Below, in pieces: positions 59,401 to 64,000 of a DNA stretch of 64,000 nucleotides. A program made the translations under genes and the position numbers. This DNA comes from a virus (taxonomy: Duplodnaviria; Caudoviricetes). The stretch spans positions 32,001 to 96,000 of the IMG/VR virus record IMGVR_UViG_3300028591_005215. The stretch is one strand, 5' to 3'. Position 1 is the first letter of the stretch. Each line of letters starts with the position of its first letter. The notes under the pieces are model-generated. The model searched no databases, was not told where the DNA came from, and was given only the letters and a program-made list of their open reading frames with translations.

Positions 59401-59849
59401 GCATGGGTGGCGGCCTTGGAGGAGGTGGCGGTATGCCATCTGGAGGTGGCGACTTCGGTTCTGAATTAGATTCACTTGGTGCACCTGGTGCTGAAGATGA
59501 AGGTGAAATTGCAGGTAATGAAGGCTCTGAACCAACTATGGATATGGGTGGTGGAACTGATGACGTAGGTGCTGCACCTCCTATGGAAGGTGCTAATAAA
59601 TATAAGCCACTTATTAACGAAGTTAAAAAAGTGAAATATCGTGCCCCTGTAAAGCATAATGAAGCAAAGGTTGATTTATTGTTTGCACAATATTTTAAAC
59701 ACCTTAATGAAGATGAAAAAAAGAGGAAAGATGAAGCAAGAATAGAAAGAACTACTATCTATGATAAATCACTTATGATTAATGAAGAATTTAATAGGAT
59801 GATAGCAAATCTTGATAATAAGTTAAACGAAAAAAAAGAAGGGGATTAA
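56469..59849 (+). CDS. portal protein (T4 gp20-like) with intein
   Basis: PEIGAALDIVSEE, LPYGSS, LMEDMMLIYRLERS.ERRVY, DIFIPVR, ALRIPK, EDIRF; ATATTTAT at 56418. Confidence 0.9.
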   Translation: MARNHTIFQNLDKAFSGNWNAEASAPHINSYDMSTADKGILYRTTNKADYEEKKLELQQNNYLKERWIKANVDLSVTAYSGLNNVKLMYRDCDLMDSFPEIGAALDIVSEESTCLDAKGQIVTVSSKSDRIKSILEDLFVNRLNLQVTAPMVIRAMCKYGNQFMLLDIDNKLGVKGWKQLPVFNVERIENGVMNPYGTGVSMAVSTQSDSSKIDTSTKFVWLDESNSQVPFRNWQIAHFRLMTNSIYLPYGSSFLNSARRHWRMLSLMEDMMLIYRLERSIERRVYKIYVGAIDDADVQAYVENIANNFKRTPIIDPMTGQIDLRKNILPVHKDTPIPLLDGRTITIEQLSKEFNEGKENYVYSIQDKTLKIVPGKVVWCGKNYTAEKLIRITLDDGSHFDLAAEHELIMRDGTKKRADEVSVGESVMPFYRKVDKDSKKLFDRYEKVFNPNSGKYEFTHRIIAETVEKENDLYNTVHHKDFNKYNNSPCNLIWMDYHEHHKMHGDLARNNWKDPIKRKRHIENLSMACRGRIITEETKDKISKAIKSKYESGEFDFVKEISKKHIIGFNKSEKAIECRRKQGIKFGYREEFKVYNESELHKQHDEIRKVATAKSWEGNGRTNRVQKMNIHFDDFIWDSLRDNILRKKIDSRKTMLEYINNNLIDHLIEINDNKRLENNHFISREVLENRIRERGFCTITEYVKSMLKNHKIVKIETIEGDDVYCMTVVGQNGEEDRHNFAIRSLKGDGSLNESGVFVSNCCDQDIFIPVRDQNAPTPIDTLSAAQNLTAMDDIKFVQNKVCTALRIPKTFLNFEEAQGDGKNLALEDIRFTRTVNKIQQAFLMELTKVASIHLYLLGFTDDLTNFSLSMTNPSTQAEQLEIDNIQKKISAARDAISDPGNGIPIMSQTRALKEIMKWSDKDIKDNLEEIRLEKAIAAELEKTSQIIKRTGVFDTVDRMYGEPGAEYQDDVQQQGDDGMGGGLGGGGGMPSGGGDFGSELDSLGAPGAEDEGEIAGNEGSEPTMDMGGGTDDVGAAPPMEGANKYKPLINEVKKVKYRAPVKHNEAKVDLLFAQYFKHLNEDEKKRKDEARIERTTIYDKSLMINEEFNRMIANLDNKLNEKKEGD
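57456..58748 (+). mobile_element. Pro-initiated, class-3-like intein (431 aa) with HNH endonuclease in the portal
   Basis: NIL|PVHKDTPI..AAEH..HRIIAE..VHHKDFNKYNN..DVYCMTV..GVFVSN|C. Confidence 0.85.
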
Positions 59850-59868
59850 TTAATCCCCTTCTTTTTTT
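59831..59868. terminator. perfect 38-bp palindrome formed by two abutting convergent gene ends
   Basis: AAAAAAAGAAGGGGATTAA|TTAATCCCCTTCTTTTTTT. Confidence 0.8.
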
Positions 59869-60833
59869 ATTTTATTTAAAAGTATATTTAAATTTTCTCG
59901 TAGTATAAAATTATTATCATATATCCCACAACATAAGTCACTTAATGCTATTTTCAAATCATTCATATTTATGACATAAAGTACTTTTATGTTATTTTTA
60001 ATACATTGTTTATTTTTATTAACATCAAGTTTTATTCTATCATTAAGTGTAATTTTTTTTTCAAATATTTCTATACTGTTAAAATGTTGAGCGCCTTGGC
60101 ATTCAATTGCTATGTTATATTCTGGTAAGAAGAAATCCAAAGATTGGAAGCCTAACCATTTAAAACGTTTTTGTTCTATGAAATTAAAGTTATTTTCAGT
60201 TAAAAATTCTCTAACTTCAGATTCCATCTTGCTACTGTTACATACAGGACAACCTTTTCCCCTATAATGATTATCTGGTGTTTGCAAAAAAATGCCATGC
60301 TGTGGGCATATTATTTCTATTTTTTCTTTATACCCTTTATATTTCATTAAAGAATAATCATACTTACCTTTATGGATTTTATTAAATCTTTCTATCCATT
60401 CTTTTTCAGTAATCATTTCTTCTTTGTTTCTTTTTAATCTTCCACATATAGGGCAGCCCTTACCTTGGTATAATGAATGTGGACTTGTTAAAAACTCCCC
60501 ATGTTCAGGACAAATAACTATGCTTTTAGATTTATTATTGGTGTATACAAATTTACTTAAATCGTATTTGCTATTGAATGTGTTGTTAACACGTTTGATA
60601 AATACATCTTTACTGTTTCTAATTTTATCATTTCTGCATTTAGGACATCCTGTATGCTCTAAAACTAAATGTTTAGGACGTGCATAAAAAGAACCATGTA
60701 TTGGACATATGACTTCAACTTTTTCATTTGCATTAACGTAATTAACTTTGCTGAAATCATAATCATACGGGTATGCTTTCATTTTATCCCAAAATATCTT
60801 TTCGTTACGTTGTCTAATTTCTTCTTTATTCAT
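59850..60833 (-). CDS. free-standing homing endonuclease (zinc-ribbon repeats + DUF559-like)
   Basis: Three CPxHG..GCPxC repeats; LDFFLPEYNIAIECQGAQH. Confidence 0.8.
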   Translation of the reverse strand: MNKEEIRQRNEKIFWDKMKAYPYDYDFSKVNYVNANEKVEVICPIHGSFYARPKHLVLEHTGCPKCRNDKIRNSKDVFIKRVNNTFNSKYDLSKFVYTNNKSKSIVICPEHGEFLTSPHSLYQGKGCPICGRLKRNKEEMITEKEWIERFNKIHKGKYDYSLMKYKGYKEKIEIICPQHGIFLQTPDNHYRGKGCPVCNSSKMESEVREFLTENNFNFIEQKRFKWLGFQSLDFFLPEYNIAIECQGAQHFNSIEIFEKKITLNDRIKLDVNKNKQCIKNNIKVLYVINMNDLKIALSDLCCGIYDNNFILRENLNILLNKIKKEGD

Positions 60834-60896
60834 GTATCAAATATATCAATATTTTTTTTAATAACCAAATATTTATATGTAATAAAACGTTTTATA

Positions 60897-61853
60897 ATGA
60901 AAAATGACAATAAAAATAAATTGCTTGGAGAATGGGAAAAAGCTATGAAAGCATGGGCATCAGCTATGAAAAAAGGTGATACAGAAGTAGCTGATATTAT
61001 GCAACAGAGGGCTAATGAAGCATACAAGCAATATAAAGATGAAGCAGATTATGAAACATCTATAGCTAATTCTACGGCTGCTGAATTAGGGTCAATGTTT
61101 GAATCAGTTTTGCCAACATTATTTGTTAAGAATAAAAAGGCTGTTGGTGACATTTTAAAACTTATTAAAGAAGATTCTAACATTAAAGCTCAATTACAGT
61201 TTTTTGAAGCAATGAAGAATTATGATGGTAGTATAGATGCTAAAGAATATATTAACGAATCACTTAATTTAGCTTCAAAAAGCATTAATCCTAAAACATT
61301 GAAAGAATCTAATAAAAAATTAGGTGAACTTATGCTATCACATAATGTTAGACCTGATGAGTTAATATCAGAAAATAAAGAAAATTTTTTCAATGCAGGT
61401 ACTTATTTGCTTACACATAAGAAGAATTTAAATAATCTTTCTGAATTAGCAAAACAAAGGACAATTGTTGAAAACTATATTGTTGCAAATAAAAAAGAAA
61501 TTGATGAAAATAAAGTGAACATTAAAAAAATCACTGAAGATTTTGATAAGAAAATGGCAATGCTATCTGAAGAAGAAAAATCTTTAGTACAGGATATTAT
61601 TAATTCCAATTCATCAATTGCAGAAAAAAGGCAAATGAAATTTTTCAATGATTTGAAAGAAAAATGTCTTGATGTAATTAATAAGATGATTAATGAATCA
61701 TCTGAAGAAGAAAAACATGACTTGCAGTCTATTAAAGAAGAAATTTCTTCTATGGCATACTGCAAAGAATCAATAATTAAAGACACAGCAAAATTACTTG
61801 AAGTAGGTGCTGTATTGAGTGATAATGATAATAAAAAAATATATAAACACTAA
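60897..61853 (+). CDS. hypothetical helical protein of the head module (start revised from 60669 to 60897)
   Basis: ATATTTAT at 60869 then MKNDNK; the longer ORF overlaps the antisense endonuclease. Confidence 0.7.
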   Translation: MKNDNKNKLLGEWEKAMKAWASAMKKGDTEVADIMQQRANEAYKQYKDEADYETSIANSTAAELGSMFESVLPTLFVKNKKAVGDILKLIKEDSNIKAQLQFFEAMKNYDGSIDAKEYINESLNLASKSINPKTLKESNKKLGELMLSHNVRPDELISENKENFFNAGTYLLTHKKNLNNLSELAKQRTIVENYIVANKKEIDENKVNIKKITEDFDKKMAMLSEEEKSLVQDIINSNSSIAEKRQMKFFNDLKEKCLDVINKMINESSEEEKHDLQSIKEEISSMAYCKESIIKDTAKLLEVGAVLSDNDNKKIYKH

Positions 61854-61928
61854 TCAGTAATGGTTAGTGTTTTTTTTATTTGACACTTTCAAAAAGAAAA
61901 TTATATTTTATATATAATATAAAATATA

Positions 61929-62357
61929 ATGGAACGATTGAGTAAAGAATTTAAATTGAATATTTCAAACAACATATCAGTAAAATATGGTTCAGTGGAC
62001 AAAAATAACCCTAAAGTAATCTATATTGAAGGTAAGTGTTGGGTTTCCCCTTTATTTGAAGGTGATTATACAGCGCACATTGATAATATAAAAGCACAAT
62101 TTAGGAAAGGTGTTAGTAAATTACTCATCTCAAATGAAGTATACTCTTCAAAATTTATTTTAGATTTTGATGTTAACACTGAAAATATGAAAATTGATGA
62201 AAAAAAATTTTTATCATTTAATATTTTTTTAAGACAAAAATCTAATTCATTATACGCATTAAAAGACTCAAAATTATACGAACATTTCCCAACAATGGTT
62301 AATATGCTATACAATTTATTAAATGAAAATGAATTTAGGGTTACAAAACGTAAATAA
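61929..62357 (+). CDS. hypothetical protein
   Basis: 142-aa ORF, VKYGSVDKNNPKVIYI. Confidence 0.75.
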   Translation: MERLSKEFKLNISNNISVKYGSVDKNNPKVIYIEGKCWVSPLFEGDYTAHIDNIKAQFRKGVSKLLISNEVYSSKFILDFDVNTENMKIDEKKFLSFNIFLRQKSNSLYALKDSKLYEHFPTMVNMLYNLLNENEFRVTKRK

Positions 62358-62386
62358 TAGATATTTATTACTAAAAATAAATTATC

Positions 62387-62707
62387 ATGAAGAAATTAAT
62401 TAGATTAACCGAAGGTGACTTACATAGAATTATAGAAAATAGCGTTAAGCACATTGTCAATGAAATTGGTGATAATAGAAAGAAAAGGATAAACGAAGCT
62501 GGTAATGATGATATTGAAAACGGCATTCGTGGTTATGAAGAATACAATGGTATGACTGATGATGAATATGATGATTATGCAAATTTCATAGGGAATCAGT
62601 ATGATGACGATGATATGCAGGATTATTTAAGCGATTTAGAAGCAGACCAATATATTGACGATGACGACCATATGCTTACTGACAATGAATTATATAATAA
62701 TTTCTAA
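62387..62707 (+). CDS. small acidic protein with head-protein leader
   Basis: MKKLIRLTEGDLHRIIENSVKHIVNE followed by a Asp/Tyr-rich tail. Confidence 0.8.
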   Translation: MKKLIRLTEGDLHRIIENSVKHIVNEIGDNRKKRINEAGNDDIENGIRGYEEYNGMTDDEYDDYANFIGNQYDDDDMQDYLSDLEADQYIDDDDHMLTDNELYNNF

Positions 62708-62721
62708 AACAATTAAATGAA

Positions 62722-63447
62722 ATGAAAGCATTTATATTAGATTACATATGTAAATTGGAGGGATATAAAACTGCAATAAAATCATTGCACTGGAATAGTT
62801 CAAGCCTTGAACAACATAAACTATGCGATGATATAGCAGATAGAATATCTGAATTCCAAGACCAAGTTTCTGAAGTTGAACAATCTATCAGTGGTAAATT
62901 GCCTTTCAATAAGTTAAAAGGAATTAATTATAAAATTTCAAATTTAAAAAAGTTTGTTGAAGATGTTATATCTGAAACAAATAAATTCCATAAAAAAATA
63001 AAAACCCAAGGTGATAAATATGTTGGTATGGCAAGTGATTGCGAATCATTTTTAAGTGATATCCAACGACAATTATATCTAGTTAAATTTACCATGAAAG
63101 AAAATAAAAAAAGATTGCATTCACTAATCAGTGAGTCAATTAGAAAAAGTTTAAATGAACTTTCTTTAGATACTATTAAGTCAGCATCACAGGAAAGTTA
63201 TCCGTTAAATCATACTAATGGTAGCATATTGTATGATAAATATTATAATATAACTATTAGTGAATTATATGATATGTTATCACATTATGAATCCAAAGGC
63301 AATAGGCAAGCTTCTGAATACGTGTCATATTTAGATGAAATATTGTCATTTGTTGATAGGAAAACAAATCAAGCTGAAAATTTTGAATATACTGCCGAAG
63401 ACATGGAAAGTCAGTATGAAGACCAAATAAAAAAACAAGAAACTTAA
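62722..63447 (+). CDS. Dps/ferritin-like four-helix protein with C-terminal extension
   Basis: LHWN....HKLCDD..D....FQD.VSE metal-ligand pattern; internal MKE/ISE/LNE sites. Confidence 0.6.
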   Translation: MKAFILDYICKLEGYKTAIKSLHWNSSSLEQHKLCDDIADRISEFQDQVSEVEQSISGKLPFNKLKGINYKISNLKKFVEDVISETNKFHKKIKTQGDKYVGMASDCESFLSDIQRQLYLVKFTMKENKKRLHSLISESIRKSLNELSLDTIKSASQESYPLNHTNGSILYDKYYNITISELYDMLSHYESKGNRQASEYVSYLDEILSFVDRKTNQAENFEYTAEDMESQYEDQIKKQET

Positions 63448-63678
63448 ATAAGTTTCTTGTTTTTTTTTTTATATTATAATTTTAGAATGTTTTTTATTTG
63501 TTCTATTTTTTCATTTACTAATGTATTGTTTTCATTATAGATATTATAAATTTTCTTTTTTTAGACAGCATAATATCTTTTTCATTAATCAAATAAATTA
63601 ATTTTTTTGGCATAAAAAATGATATTTACTATTATAAGTTATAATAATAAATATCATTATTAGGTAATAGTTTTTATA

Positions 63679-64000
63679 CTATTCTTTTAATATTTCTTTA
63701 ATTTTTTGCACTTTTTCTGATATTAGTTCTTTTTTACCGTCCATTCGTATTTCTTTACCTTCAATCCAAGTTGATAAACCTTCTCTTCCACTAGTAGATA
63801 TATAAGCATTATTTGTACTAGGGTCTGAAACAATGTCCCAACATATAAGTTCAAAATCATCACCTACCATGTATGTTCCTAATTTATTTTCCACTGAACC
63901 TACACCTCTTGATGAAACACCTATTTTATAGCCATTAAGTAATAGATTAGCTGCCATATCTCCCATAGTTGAAACAATCCCTTCATTTACAAAGCCTTGT
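63679..64000 (-). CDS. prohead protease (T4 gp21-like), 5' end outside the window
   Basis: IGVSSRGVGS..DDFELICWDIVSDPST..AY; frame open to the window edge. Confidence 0.88.
   Translation of the reverse strand, partial: QGFVNEGIVSTMGDMAANLLLNGYKIGVSSRGVGSVENKLGTYMVGDDFELICWDIVSDPSTNNAYISTSGREGLSTWIEGKEIRMDGKKELISEKVQKIKEILKE

Noticed and set aside
60669-60896. N-terminal extension of the 60669 ORF
   Set aside because: It overlaps the antisense endonuclease; the promoter motif at 60869 supports a start at 60897.
1-64000. TAG-to-Gln recoding as in Lak megaphages
   Set aside because: Long conserved genes are uninterrupted in code 11, and TAG ends genes at sensible positions (e.g. 4722, 18408, 31914).
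1-64000. tRNA or rRNA genes
   Set aside because: No cloverleaf or T-loop GTTCGA in a tRNA context found by eye; the GGTTCG at 34531 belongs to a different fold. A tRNAscan-SE run would settle it.

Overview
AT-rich 64-kb segment of a large, T4-like-headed jumbo phage that almost certainly infects Bacteroidota (gut Prevotella/Bacteroides-type). The host call rests on recurring TTTG-N18-20-TATATTTG promoters matching the Bacteroidetes -33/-7 consensus and on a TonB-dependent receptor. The standard genetic code fits. From left to right: (1) a largely non-coding 2.2-kb region with a perfect parS palindrome, a G-rich hairpin, iteron-like repeats and promoter-terminator mini-units; (2) a tandem array of 12 small paralogous ORFs; (3) a 1316-aa sialidase/adhesin-like protein and a DNA methyltransferase; (4) a three-gene TonB receptor-NadR-PnuC operon, a candidate NAD+-precursor import system; (5) lysis genes; (6) nucleotide-metabolism and helicase genes; (7) a ClpC/ClpB gene fractured by an atypically split intein around a free-standing endonuclease; (8) the head module (scaffold-like protein with a probable -1 frameshift, intein-bearing terminase and portal, prohead protease at the window edge). 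About 14 dispersed genes share an N-terminal MKKIII(S/T)E...(I/L)xE leader and an ATATTTAT promoter; many carry ADP-ribosyltransferase-like, nucleotidyltransferase or peptidase domains, suggesting a capsid-packaged effector set. All calls come from motifs read by eye; no database search was run.
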